A stretch of DNA of 64,000 nt from a virus, in the IMG/VR virus record IMGVR_UViG_3300021197_001902, positions 26,733 through 90,732 of that record; one strand, given 5' to 3'. Within the stretch, counting starts at the first letter, position 1, and each line of letters begins with the position of its first letter. Made by a program: the position numbers and the translations under genes. Below the pieces are notes generated by a model. The model was given only the letters and a program-made list of their open reading frames with translations. It ran no database searches and was not told the DNA's origin. Of the stretch, positions 21,538 through 30,874 are shown in pieces.

Positions 21538-22512
21538 TTAGAGTTCGTTTTGCCATCTATCAATCATGTCGTCCAGCAGTGTCGAAAAAGTAAACTCTGG
21601 TTTCCACCCTAGGACCTCTCTGGACTTGGTGGAGTCACCCTTGAGGTATTTGAGTTCCTCCGGTCGCATATATTTGGGGTTCTGCTCGACATAATCACGA
21701 TAGTCCATTCCCAACTTAGTGAAAACTGTTTCACACAAGTCTCTAACGGAGTGGGCCTCGCCGGTGGCAACAATAAATTCATCAGCTACATTGTGATTCG
21801 TAATCAAGTGCATAGCTCGAACATAATCTTGGGAGTGTCCCCAGTCACGGTAGGAATCCATATTACCAAGCTCTAACTTGTCTTGCAGCCCCTTTTTGAT
21901 AGCTACAGCTCCCTTGACAACCTTGTTGGTGACGAAGTTCGAACCTCTACGCGGTGACTCGTGATTAAAAAGAATACCGTTGCATGCATGAAGGCCGTAG
22001 GCGTGCCTGTAGTGTCTTACAAGATTGTATCCCATAACTTTAGCACAGCCATAGGGACTGACGGGATTCATGGGCGTTGTGAGCCTCTGGAAGCCATCGT
22101 CATCGACGGAGTTGCCAAACATCTCAGAGGAACTAGCCTGATAGAATTTGGCATTCGGACAGATGGTTCGGTAGACCTCTAGGAGATGCAGCACGCCAAG
22201 AGCGTTTGTCTGAATGGTAAAGGAAGGCATATCGAAACTGACACGAACATGACTCATGGCACCAAGGTTATAAATCTCATCTGGCATTACCTGCGACACG
22301 ATTCTAACGAGTGAAGGATAGTCCAGAAGGTCTCCATAATAAGCATGAACGTTTTCCCCCAGTCCATATTTGTGGAGTCTGTGGTTCTGGTTTTCCGCGA
22401 CCGAGTGGCGGCGGACAATGCCATGGACTTCATATCCCAACGACAGCAGGTGCTCCGTCAAATAGCTGCCGTCTTGGCCAGCGATTCCTGTAATCAGTGC
22501 TTTCTTCTTCAT
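21538..22512 (-). CDS. gmd: GDP-mannose 4,6-dehydratase
   Basis: ALITGIAGQDGSYL, SHVRVSF, QASSSEMFG, NGILFNHESPRRG, RDWGH. Confidence 0.95.
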   Translation of the reverse strand: MKKKALITGIAGQDGSYLTEHLLSLGYEVHGIVRRHSVAENQNHRLHKYGLGENVHAYYGDLLDYPSLVRIVSQVMPDEIYNLGAMSHVRVSFDMPSFTIQTNALGVLHLLEVYRTICPNAKFYQASSSEMFGNSVDDDGFQRLTTPMNPVSPYGCAKVMGYNLVRHYRHAYGLHACNGILFNHESPRRGSNFVTNKVVKGAVAIKKGLQDKLELGNMDSYRDWGHSQDYVRAMHLITNHNVADEFIVATGEAHSVRDLCETVFTKLGMDYRDYVEQNPKYMRPEELKYLKGDSTKSREVLGWKPEFTFSTLLDDMIDRWQNEL

Positions 22513-23108
22513 TTCTTAAAAATCTCCAATTTTGTAAGGTCAGGCCAATCTGTAACGACCCATTTGTGCGGCTTTGTCGCGATGGCTTCTGGAAGCTTCT
22601 CTAAACCAGTTGTAGCTACTTCTGGTGTCATATAGTAGTGAAGCCCAAAGGTATCAATGTTTTGCTCTCTCCACGGCACATCTGGTATTCTACCATCGTA
22701 TGACATCTTTTTTAATTGTATCGCATCGTTTTCGTCATCTAAAAGAATGACTCCTCCCCGGCCTAGGCTCAAATGCTTTGCAAACTGAAAACTCACGCAC
22801 ATGAATGTCCCAGGAATATAACTATTCTCTGTCCAGAGCACAGCTGCATCATAGATTGGCTTTGGTTCATCGTTTATCTTATAACAGTCTTGCCATGCTT
22901 CGTCTCTCCATTCGAGACCTATGTTTAATTTGTTAGCCAAGAACGGAACGGACAGGTATGTTCTTTTTGGAACATTTATTTTGTCGAGCTTCTGATATCG
23001 TATGCAAAGCTCTATGCCGTGTGTGCAGCTGTCCACCGCAACAGCGTATGGACAGCCAAAGAACTCGGCCAACTGATTTTCAAACTTTCTTACGGGCTCA
23101 AAACTCAT
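22509..23108 (-). CDS. Short DegT/DnrJ/EryC1/StrS-family PLP aminotransferase
   Basis: FENQLAEFFGCPYAVAVDSCT, DAA, SFQFAKHL (PLP Lys), GRGG; only 199 aa. Confidence 0.8.
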   Translation of the reverse strand: MSFEPVRKFENQLAEFFGCPYAVAVDSCTHGIELCIRYQKLDKINVPKRTYLSVPFLANKLNIGLEWRDEAWQDCYKINDEPKPIYDAAVLWTENSYIPGTFMCVSFQFAKHLSLGRGGVILLDDENDAIQLKKMSYDGRIPDVPWREQNIDTFGLHYYMTPEVATTGLEKLPEAIATKPHKWVVTDWPDLTKLEIFKK

Positions 23109-23938
23109 TTATTTATCAATCCTTTTTCTTCAGCAAATTGCTTAATACCATAATCCCAGTATATCTGATCTAGGGTCAGGTCTTTAGCTAAGTTGTAATT
23201 CTCTTCCACCACATCCAGCTTGCTATTGTAGTGCTCCTCAGAGACAACGTTATTCAGAATATCTTTCAGCTCGTCTATTGTCTGAAAGAACAAGGCACCT
23301 TCCGTGTTGTAAAAATCGTGGATGTTCGAATCTTCATTGCCCCAGTATATGGGGATGGACCCACAACAGAATGCATCATTGACCTTTTCACTAGCATAAC
23401 CACCTTCTTCATTTTCAACCACGATATGGTATCGATAATCTGCTAGGCCTTCTGTTTTTGTTTCAATGGGATTATACGCTCTGCCATACAAATCCATCAG
23501 CTCCGAGCCCTGGAGGGCATTGACAATTTCATGTCGAAGTCGGTGACCTTGAGTATTGTTCTGCGCAGAAAAGATGGCGGATGTCATCTTAGACTTATCG
23601 TATATTTTTCTATCTTCCTTGGGGATCCAAATCTTTGGCCATATTGGATAGTATACAAACTTATCGGATGGAGTGGATGCTAGTTGTTTGTTGTGGGTCA
23701 TGATCAAATCGAAATATGAGTGATTCTGATATACCCACTCGTATACGGGCGCCATAACTGGGTGTGGCTCAATCAATAGCGCAATCTTATACTTACTATT
23801 GTGGCCCGGAGCATGTCCCGTGACCGTATCAACATACACTGCGATGTCTGTCTCACCTTGATCCTTTGTAAAAAGATCACCATAAACACTCGGGCCCAGT
23901 GAGGTTTGGGCCATAAAAACTTTTATATCATACATCAA
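23105..23938 (-). CDS. GT10-like (alpha-1,3/4-fucosyltransferase-like) glycosyltransferase
   Basis: YRYHIVVEN...YASEKVNDAFCCGSIPIYWG matches the GT10 motif. Confidence 0.75.
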   Translation of the reverse strand: MMYDIKVFMAQTSLGPSVYGDLFTKDQGETDIAVYVDTVTGHAPGHNSKYKIALLIEPHPVMAPVYEWVYQNHSYFDLIMTHNKQLASTPSDKFVYYPIWPKIWIPKEDRKIYDKSKMTSAIFSAQNNTQGHRLRHEIVNALQGSELMDLYGRAYNPIETKTEGLADYRYHIVVENEEGGYASEKVNDAFCCGSIPIYWGNEDSNIHDFYNTEGALFFQTIDELKDILNNVVSEEHYNSKLDVVEENYNLAKDLTLDQIYWDYGIKQFAEEKGLINK

Positions 23939-24341
23939 TAAACTCCTTGTCTAGCTCCTGGCCATAATATGGACCGGTCTTATACTCATACACCACTGTA
24001 TCGTCTTCGAGACAAAGATAGTTGTGGCCACCCCTAAATGAGATGGTGCAATCACCCTGGTTTAGTACCTCTTCAGTCAACAACGTCTGGTCAACGTCAT
24101 ACAGGAACACTTTTACAGAACCCTTGACGACAACCCAAGATTCTTGGGTTATGTTAGCAAGCTTCCGACATTCAATGTGCTGGTGCGCTTTAAATGTTTT
24201 GCCCTCGTTTAAACGAAAGACTGACACTTGTAGAAATTCCTCTTCGGGGCTTAGGTCTGTTCTTTTTTCCGTAATCTCACCATAGCGGTTGATGGTGTGC
24301 ATCAGGAGGCCTTCTTCTACTTTTGAAAAGATCTTTTTCAC
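23928..24341 (-). CDS. Cupin-fold protein (WbuC-like)
   Basis: AHQH...TQE...GGH...EYKTGPY. Confidence 0.7.
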   Translation of the reverse strand: MKKIFSKVEEGLLMHTINRYGEITEKRTDLSPEEEFLQVSVFRLNEGKTFKAHQHIECRKLANITQESWVVVKGSVKVFLYDVDQTLLTEEVLNQGDCTISFRGGHNYLCLEDDTVVYEYKTGPYYGQELDKEFIDV

Positions 24342-24343
24342 TT

Positions 24344-25036
24344 TTAATCCTCAAATTTGTAACTAAAGTATTCTACATCATTTTTGAACTTTTGTCCAAC
24401 CATGTTTCTAAGTTCATCGTCATAAAAGCACTCATATGATGGCATGTTGTCGACATTAAACTCTTTCGGCGGCAAATCACTGACGTTTATCTTGTTTACT
24501 GTCTCAAGTGTCTTATTGGGATTGCGGAAATCTCTTGTCTGAATGCCAAGATGGTCACATACTAGATTCATTCCGGTAGCATAGTCCTCTAGTTTCACAA
24601 TCTGATCAAACTTTATGGCACCCAGTTCACTGGTTTGGCTTTGCAGATGTTGTTCCAAGTACTGGTCAGGTGTGTCGCACACAAAGGTTACCAAATCCCT
24701 GAATGTAAAGTCTTCACTATTCATATCCTGGCGTCGGGTGTCTATTGGCCAGGTGGAGTTTTTCCACCAGACAGCAACTTTCTTGTTTTTGTAATAACTA
24801 ACAATCCTCTTCCATGGATTTCTACAAACTATGAACTTATAGTAGTCTCTCCAGAATTCTTCCATTTGATCGGGGGTAGGCTTCAGTTGTCTCTGCCCCA
24901 GAAAAACATGTGGATTTACGGTGGTTGGATCTATCCCTATTGTCTCTAGATACCACCTTTTTACTGCGGTGCATCCAGCCTTGGCGTTCCAACATACTAT
25001 GAACTTTTGTTCGTGATTAATTAAAGGAAAAAGCAT
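24344..25036 (-). CDS. Sulfotransferase (Sulfotransfer_2 family)
   Basis: WNAKAGCT (5'-PSB) and RNPWKRIVSYY (3'-PB) motifs. Confidence 0.8.
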   Translation of the reverse strand: MLFPLINHEQKFIVCWNAKAGCTAVKRWYLETIGIDPTTVNPHVFLGQRQLKPTPDQMEEFWRDYYKFIVCRNPWKRIVSYYKNKKVAVWWKNSTWPIDTRRQDMNSEDFTFRDLVTFVCDTPDQYLEQHLQSQTSELGAIKFDQIVKLEDYATGMNLVCDHLGIQTRDFRNPNKTLETVNKINVSDLPPKEFNVDNMPSYECFYDDELRNMVGQKFKNDVEYFSYKFED

Positions 25037-25052
25037 CTTGTCTATCTTCTCT

Positions 25053-25523
25053 CTATGCTGTTAGGGCTGCTGGCACTATGTTGATTCCTGATCTTAAGAG
25101 TGCAACCGAGCGATGTAGACCGTCGATTAGCTGACCTTGTTGGTTTATGATAATGTATTTATCTTGGTGCGGGGAATCTAGATAAGCAGCTGTAGTGTTT
25201 AGGATTTTATCGAACTTGTCGAACATGTATTGCATGTCCAAGTGTTCTTCGTTTATCGCTGCTCGGGCCCAAGTGATATGCTTACACTTTTCTAGATACT
25301 CCTCATATGGCTTTATATTTCCCATCGCGTACTGAAAGTGAGGAGTGTCTTTTATTAGGGTTGGCTTCAAAGAAAGAATTTTCAAATTCTGGCGATCAAC
25401 TCGATCAACAATCCCATCGCGAATGTGGTTCAAATCAACTTTGACAATTCGATGCGCAACAGAATGGTAGCCTGGGGGCCACCAGCACTCACCACTCAAA
25501 GGATTGGTGGTAATACTTTTCAT
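25053..25523 (-). CDS. ParB/sulfiredoxin-like domain protein
   Basis: IIINQQGQLIDGLHR motif. Confidence 0.55.
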   Translation of the reverse strand: MKSITTNPLSGECWWPPGYHSVAHRIVKVDLNHIRDGIVDRVDRQNLKILSLKPTLIKDTPHFQYAMGNIKPYEEYLEKCKHITWARAAINEEHLDMQYMFDKFDKILNTTAAYLDSPHQDKYIIINQQGQLIDGLHRSVALLRSGINIVPAALTA

Positions 25524-26092
25524 TTTTTCTCACAGACCACATTCAGTGCTAAATGCAGCCCTGACTCATCCATGTGTGGAATATAAGCTCTGGAGTAATC
25601 ATCATAACCTTCTGGTAAGAACTCTCGCCAATCATATCTTTCAACATTTTCGAACCCATTGTCCACAAGTATTTTTTGGAGGGACGAAAAGTCATAGGCT
25701 GTTCTCTGGTAGATCACCTCGTTGAGGCCAACTTCATTGACAATCTCCCAGCGGCCGAACAATGGCCCTAGAAGGCCCTGAGCGTCGAGATCCTTACCGT
25801 TGGTTAAATAGTTCTCTACCATCATCTCAAAGTCCGCCAGAGACGTTCTCAGCAGCCCACCAGGCTTGAGAACTCGTCGCCATTCGGCCAGAACATCGAC
25901 AACCTCATATCTATCAAAATAGATAATGACGCCACAGGAGTAGATCTCATCCACACTTTCATCTTCAAAGGCTGACAGATCCTTGATGTCCATCACCTGA
26001 TCTACATGATCTAAGTGGTCTTGGTCAATATTAATAAACCCTGGGAGATATCTGTGACCACTTCCTAAATGTAATCGGACTTTATCACTCAC
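25520..26092 (-). CDS. SAM-dependent methyltransferase (type 11-like)
   Basis: LHLGSG...NID, FEDESVDEIY, EWRRVLKPGG. Confidence 0.85.
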   Translation of the reverse strand: MSDKVRLHLGSGHRYLPGFINIDQDHLDHVDQVMDIKDLSAFEDESVDEIYSCGVIIYFDRYEVVDVLAEWRRVLKPGGLLRTSLADFEMMVENYLTNGKDLDAQGLLGPLFGRWEIVNEVGLNEVIYQRTAYDFSSLQKILVDNGFENVERYDWREFLPEGYDDYSRAYIPHMDESGLHLALNVVCEKK

Positions 26093-26504
26093 CTTTTACA
26101 GCTCCAATAATGTTTCCGACAATTCTGATCGTATCACTCTCATAATCTGCGCCTCCTCGAAGGCCCTCGCTGAATACAATAAATTCGTTATCAACGGTGA
26201 TGTTCAGTGCATGCACCTCGTACGGAGGCGTTGAAAGAATATCACCCTCATTCAGTACTATGCAGGTTGCATCATCAAGAGAGTCTAGATTGGCGTACCA
26301 ATACTCCAGAGATCCCTTTGTAATCAACATGTGTTGAGTTGAAACCTCATGGTAGTGGTTTCCTCTAACTGCACCAGCGTTAGACCTGATGATGGCAACG
26401 TGATCAATGCCACTTTTATAAAAGATGTCGGCAATAATTCCTCGATCATCTTCGTGTCTCTCCAGAGGAGCTTCGACATCTTCGTAAACGTTTTTCTTTT
26501 GCAT
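26085..26504 (-). CDS. Cupin (NDP-sugar isomerase/epimerase-like)
   Basis: DDRG, VRGNHYH, PPYEVHAL. Confidence 0.7.
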   Translation of the reverse strand: MQKKNVYEDVEAPLERHEDDRGIIADIFYKSGIDHVAIIRSNAGAVRGNHYHEVSTQHMLITKGSLEYWYANLDSLDDATCIVLNEGDILSTPPYEVHALNITVDNEFIVFSEGLRGGADYESDTIRIVGNIIGAVKGE

Positions 26505-26517
26505 TTATAAATTCTCC

Positions 26518-27741
26518 CTAAAAATCACTAAAAACTAAAAACTTAATCTTAGGATTTATTTCATTCAATTTCTGTTTAATTTTGTCAGAGATATTCCATG
26601 ACAAGATTATTGCATACACCTCATCGTATTCAGAAAATACCTCGTCTCCGCGGATAGGAATACTTGTTAACGGAGTGAGTTTGCCCTGCTTGTACTCTGA
26701 CGCGTCAGTTACATAATCAATTATCGAATTGTCTAAGTTCAGTAAGGTCAAGAAGGTATTCCCCTTCGCTGCGGCTCCAACAGCGACCAAGGAGCCGCCT
26801 TCGGCCTTAATTTCATAAATCCTCTTCAAGAAATTAAACTTTGACTCTTGCAGTCGATTTGTTAAGTTCTCGTATGTGCTTAGATTATAGAGGCCAATGC
26901 GGTCCTCTTCTTCAATCATGGTATTCACAAGCTCTGATTCTGCGGCGCCGGTCTTCTGAGCGTATACTCGCAGGGAACCTCCATGATAATCAACCACCTG
27001 AACATCTACTATAACCATGCCTGCACGGCGGAGCATCTCTCGGGCGGCCTTAACAGTTAGGTATGTAACGTGTTCGTGGTAGACCTGATCGATCTTCTCA
27101 GATTCAATGGAACATTTCCAGTAGGGAGCTTCAAATACGAAGGTACCGTCATCAGTCAATAAGGTAGAGGCTGCTTTGGCAAAGTCAACAGGATCCTCTG
27201 AGTGATTAAAAACATTGTTCGCCACTACTAAGTCAGCACTACCATAATCTGTTAAAACAAGCTCGGCAATTTGACTATCAAAAACTGCAACCTTAGTTTC
27301 TACACCATTTACAGTCTGTGCAATCTGAGAAACATGAGGTGAGGCGTCAACGCCAAGAGTCCTAGCGGAACGGTCGTCCTTAAACTGTTTGAGAAGGAAC
27401 CCATCATTAGAACCAACCTCAACCACGAAAGCGTCTTCTGATAAGGATACATTGTCAGACACCTCTAAACAAAAGTTGATCCAATGTCTTTTAGAGGTAT
27501 TGGAGTTAGAAGATGTGTAAGAATATTCGTACAGAGACGCATAACGATCATGAGGCTCCGTTTTAGATAATGTCTGTACATTTCCACATGACTCGCAAAG
27601 TACGCATGAAAGGTTGTACGTCACCAGCGGGTCGTACTTTTTGTCCATAGGGACAAATGTGTCAGCATATGCGTGGGCCCCTAAATCTAGGATACACTCC
27701 ATTTTAGTAGATTGGCATACAAGGCAGTGATTTCTTCTCAA
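26518..27741 (-). CDS. NDP-hexose C-methyltransferase
   Basis: CLVC..CESC Zn motifs, EVGSNDG, YHEHVTY, HGGSLR, GAAAKGNT. Confidence 0.88.
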   Translation of the reverse strand: MRRNHCLVCQSTKMECILDLGAHAYADTFVPMDKKYDPLVTYNLSCVLCESCGNVQTLSKTEPHDRYASLYEYSYTSSNSNTSKRHWINFCLEVSDNVSLSEDAFVVEVGSNDGFLLKQFKDDRSARTLGVDASPHVSQIAQTVNGVETKVAVFDSQIAELVLTDYGSADLVVANNVFNHSEDPVDFAKAASTLLTDDGTFVFEAPYWKCSIESEKIDQVYHEHVTYLTVKAAREMLRRAGMVIVDVQVVDYHGGSLRVYAQKTGAAESELVNTMIEEEDRIGLYNLSTYENLTNRLQESKFNFLKRIYEIKAEGGSLVAVGAAAKGNTFLTLLNLDNSIIDYVTDASEYKQGKLTPLTSIPIRGDEVFSEYDEVYAIILSWNISDKIKQKLNEINPKIKFLVFSDF

Positions 27742-28403
27742 TTTAGATCTCCATAAATCTTGTTGTATATGACCTCAGCAATCATAAAATCAAATTCAGT
27801 ATCGATATCAACTGATTCTATTTCATCTAGGATTTTGAAGGTAGGGTTTGAAGTAACAACATTGCGGCACCCGATCATGTCCTCTTTTGATACAATACAG
27901 ACTCCGTAAGTTACGGCATAGATATCAGGAAGGTCTTGGCTATTTGGTGAGTTTTCCAGATCGTAGTTGAGTGGTTCTCCATCATGCCACAAATGATGTT
28001 TGACAGGTGACACTGTCACCAAGTTAGTGACCTCTGGATTTTCTTTAAACGTTTTAATACAATCGTGATAAGTCTCAAGTGAAATCAGTGGGCAAGTCAC
28101 TGGACTATACATAAGATATTCACCGTCGATGGCTTGTCCCAGGTTTTCAAAAAACTCCGAATTTGTTGCCGCAGATGAAGCAAAGTATTCGTCGCGGAGA
28201 TGCGTCTCCACTCCTAACTCTGCTGCTAGGGCCAGCATGTCATCGCAGTCGGAACTTACGACAATGTTATCAACAAGGCTTACTTGCTTCAACTGCTCAA
28301 TCTTAATCTGCAGAAGTGTTTTGTCAGCAAAAGGCTTAAGGTTCTTGTTCTTTACTCTTACGGATCCCTTGCGTACAGGGACAACAGCTGTGATACTTCT
28401 CAT
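27738..28403 (-). CDS. CMP-nonulosonate/KDO-type cytidylyltransferase (NeuA-like)
   Basis: VVPVRKGSVRVKNKN, NSQDLP, SVDIDTEFDF. Confidence 0.85.
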   Translation of the reverse strand: MRSITAVVPVRKGSVRVKNKNLKPFADKTLLQIKIEQLKQVSLVDNIVVSSDCDDMLALAAELGVETHLRDEYFASSAATNSEFFENLGQAIDGEYLMYSPVTCPLISLETYHDCIKTFKENPEVTNLVTVSPVKHHLWHDGEPLNYDLENSPNSQDLPDIYAVTYGVCIVSKEDMIGCRNVVTSNPTFKILDEIESVDIDTEFDFMIAEVIYNKIYGDLN

Positions 28404-29380
28404 TTCAGGCGCTCCAGAATTTCTGGCCAGTTGTTGGTGAACTCAATAGCCTTATCATCAATATAGTGCTGAGCACGAGGCTTTTCATGGGTAATTTCAG
28501 CTACTAGGTCCCGGACGCCATGGTCCTGTAGCCATTCGTCCACAAGCTCGTAGCCTGTTTTGCCGGCAACTAATGGACGGTCAGGACGAACCTTTGCAGA
28601 GAAAACGATAATGTTCCAGTCCTCAGCCAATGTGCGGATGGCATCCAATGCGTTCGGGAGGGGGTCACCATAACAGGTGCCATCGTGCCAACCCTTATCA
28701 AAATTATGAATAACTCCATCGAAGTCAATGGCCAGGTTGTTGAGCTGGGTTTCCATTCCTGGCGGCACGTGCTGATCATGGGTCTCAACCTCTGATTCAA
28801 TTCCAAGCTTCTCGAAGCGGCGTTGTTGAGCTTTGGTAGAGATTGCAGGGCACATAAAGCCGGCACCATGAATCAACTCATAGGTCATTGTTAGAGAGAT
28901 GATTTCCGAAGTGTGGTAGTATTTGGTGTGCTGAATAATCTGGTTGACTTGAGGATGGATACCCTTCTCTTTTGGTTGTGCGGCCCAGAGGCACGCCGGC
29001 ATGCCATTCTCAGCAGCCCAATTGAGAGCAGTGGAAAGACAATCGGAGGAGATGCCGTTGGTGGAGCAAGAAATCCCAATAGCCAAGCACTCACTCTTAT
29101 CTAAACCGCGTGTACGAATGTCCAGCCAGTTCATAATCCAATCATTAAAACTGGTATCTCCCTGGATTGATGTGACAATGACTCCCCCTCCTGGGGCGAA
29201 CACGTTCTTGTCTGTGAGGCGTGAGTGATCAATGGCTGCGTGTTCTGCCACGCCCATGTTGCCACCATGGCCAAAGAAGAATACATACTTTGCCTTGTTA
29301 TACACCTCCTGCAGTTGGGTGTATTGTTCGCTATTAACGATAGCTCGGTACTTTCTTTCAAAATCTTCAATATCTAACAT
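28400..29380 (-). CDS. SIS (GmhA-like sugar isomerase) + HAD phosphatase fusion
   Basis: FFGHGGN...GISCS in the N-half; AIDFDGVIH...YIDDKA in the C-half. Confidence 0.7.
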   Translation of the reverse strand: MLDIEDFERKYRAIVNSEQYTQLQEVYNKAKYVFFFGHGGNMGVAEHAAIDHSRLTDKNVFAPGGGVIVTSIQGDTSFNDWIMNWLDIRTRGLDKSECLAIGISCSTNGISSDCLSTALNWAAENGMPACLWAAQPKEKGIHPQVNQIIQHTKYYHTSEIISLTMTYELIHGAGFMCPAISTKAQQRRFEKLGIESEVETHDQHVPPGMETQLNNLAIDFDGVIHNFDKGWHDGTCYGDPLPNALDAIRTLAEDWNIIVFSAKVRPDRPLVAGKTGYELVDEWLQDHGVRDLVAEITHEKPRAQHYIDDKAIEFTNNWPEILERLK

Positions 29381-29430
29381 ATTCCTAAACCTTTGTATTC
29401 ATTTTACAGCATGAACAAATATTTTACAGA

Positions 29431-30165
29431 CTAATCAACAAATAAGTTTGCCAAATCTTCATACTTTTCGTCCTGCAGGAAGGTCTCGAAGATAGGATCA
29501 ACAACTATTCTATCGTCCTTGAGATACATATTGTGTTTAAAGTATTTAAAGGCGCTGTCTGGATCGTGTCTATCGGGGCCGTCATATTCAAGATTGATAA
29601 AATCTTGTTTTCTCTTCTCAGTCCATTGGCAATTATAACCATCATAATACCCTTGCCCACCCTCCAAGCCTGCACTACGGTAAAAATCAATGCCAACTAT
29701 ATAAAGTTCCTTCAAATCTGACGATAATAAGTCGATTATGGCAGAGAATCCCGTGTTGGGTCTGGAATTGGTTGACGTCTTAATCTGCCAGTAGGGATCC
29801 TCTGGGAGTGTAACTGTAGTGAAATAGGGCACTGTTCTTAGTGCGTCGACATTGCGTGCCATACGTTCTTCAAAGAACCACTCATTTTTTGGATAAGATG
29901 AGGACAAGTATTTGACTCTGTTCCTAACACATGTTTGTGCCATTATGTGAGGAGGGTCATCGAGAGTGGCATATACCACATCGGTCCTGCTACCCAGATA
30001 TTTCTGGTATTCCTTTTCGACTTCTAGCATGTTGTTAAGTCGCACCACGACATCGCATGCCTCTATTTTTGCACCGTTCTCTTGCATAGTTGCTGTCTTT
30101 GATGGACCAACAACTGCAACAGTCTTATTCTCTAGAAATTTCTTATACTGCATTTCTCTAGACAT
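29431..30165 (-). CDS. GT29-like (sialyltransferase-like) protein
   Basis: VAVVGPS...NGAKIEACDVVVRLN (sialylmotif L-like) and PNTGFSAI...LYIVGIDFY (motif S-like). Confidence 0.65.
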   Translation of the reverse strand: MSREMQYKKFLENKTVAVVGPSKTATMQENGAKIEACDVVVRLNNMLEVEKEYQKYLGSRTDVVYATLDDPPHIMAQTCVRNRVKYLSSSYPKNEWFFEERMARNVDALRTVPYFTTVTLPEDPYWQIKTSTNSRPNTGFSAIIDLLSSDLKELYIVGIDFYRSAGLEGGQGYYDGYNCQWTEKRKQDFINLEYDGPDRHDPDSAFKYFKHNMYLKDDRIVVDPIFETFLQDEKYEDLANLFVD

Positions 30166-30874
30166 CGACTTTTCTTATCTCCTCTTCGTCTTTAGCCACA
30201 GTAGTAATAATTCTATCATCACTAAATTGATCAATCCACGGGAAGTGCGCATCTGTTGGGTAACAATATCTGGGATCTAGGACGAGTGTTGGTGGAAACT
30301 GTTTTAGCTGGCGATTCCAGTGGGACTCGTCGTGCCACACCGCCATAACGCTGTTTTTATCATCAGTATCTATTCTTTCCTTCATTAGACGGGCCGCTTC
30401 CAAGTAAAACTCTGTGCGGCCTCCTTGAACTCCTCCACAGTAATACGGATGATACATCTGTGGCGGGACATAAGCAGTCGAGGTTCCGCGGCGTTCAAAG
30501 GTACCATCACTTCTTCTGTAGAAGCCAGGGTGTTCGCAGGCCACAATATCAGACACTATCTCTTCGCCTATAGGTTTTTCTATGTTTAGGTCGACATCTA
30601 AGTAAAATAAGAAATCATAATCTTTCAAGACTTCTTCGGCCAACAGAAAATAGTGATATCTATACAAGGTGTCTCCGGGGAAGCCCTTTCTTTCTATTTG
30701 ATATTTCTTGACGTTTTCGCCGAACTCCTTATCGCTGTCGGTAAAAAGAAAAATATCTACATCATGGTCTATCATGAAGTTCTTGTTTAGACTCTTGTGG
30801 AGGTTTTCTGCTAGCTCAACGTAGCCCCCGGTCGCGACGTTTAAAACTGCTACTTTCATCCCATTATCTCCCAA
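30158..30874 (-). CDS. GT6 (ABO blood-group-type alpha-Gal/GalNAc transferase)
   Basis: VATGGY, YDFLFYLDVD, YYCGGVQGG, AVWHDESHWN. Confidence 0.85.
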   Translation of the reverse strand: MGDNGMKVAVLNVATGGYVELAENLHKSLNKNFMIDHDVDIFLFTDSDKEFGENVKKYQIERKGFPGDTLYRYHYFLLAEEVLKDYDFLFYLDVDLNIEKPIGEEIVSDIVACEHPGFYRRSDGTFERRGTSTAYVPPQMYHPYYCGGVQGGRTEFYLEAARLMKERIDTDDKNSVMAVWHDESHWNRQLKQFPPTLVLDPRYCYPTDAHFPWIDQFSDDRIITTVAKDEEEIRKVDV

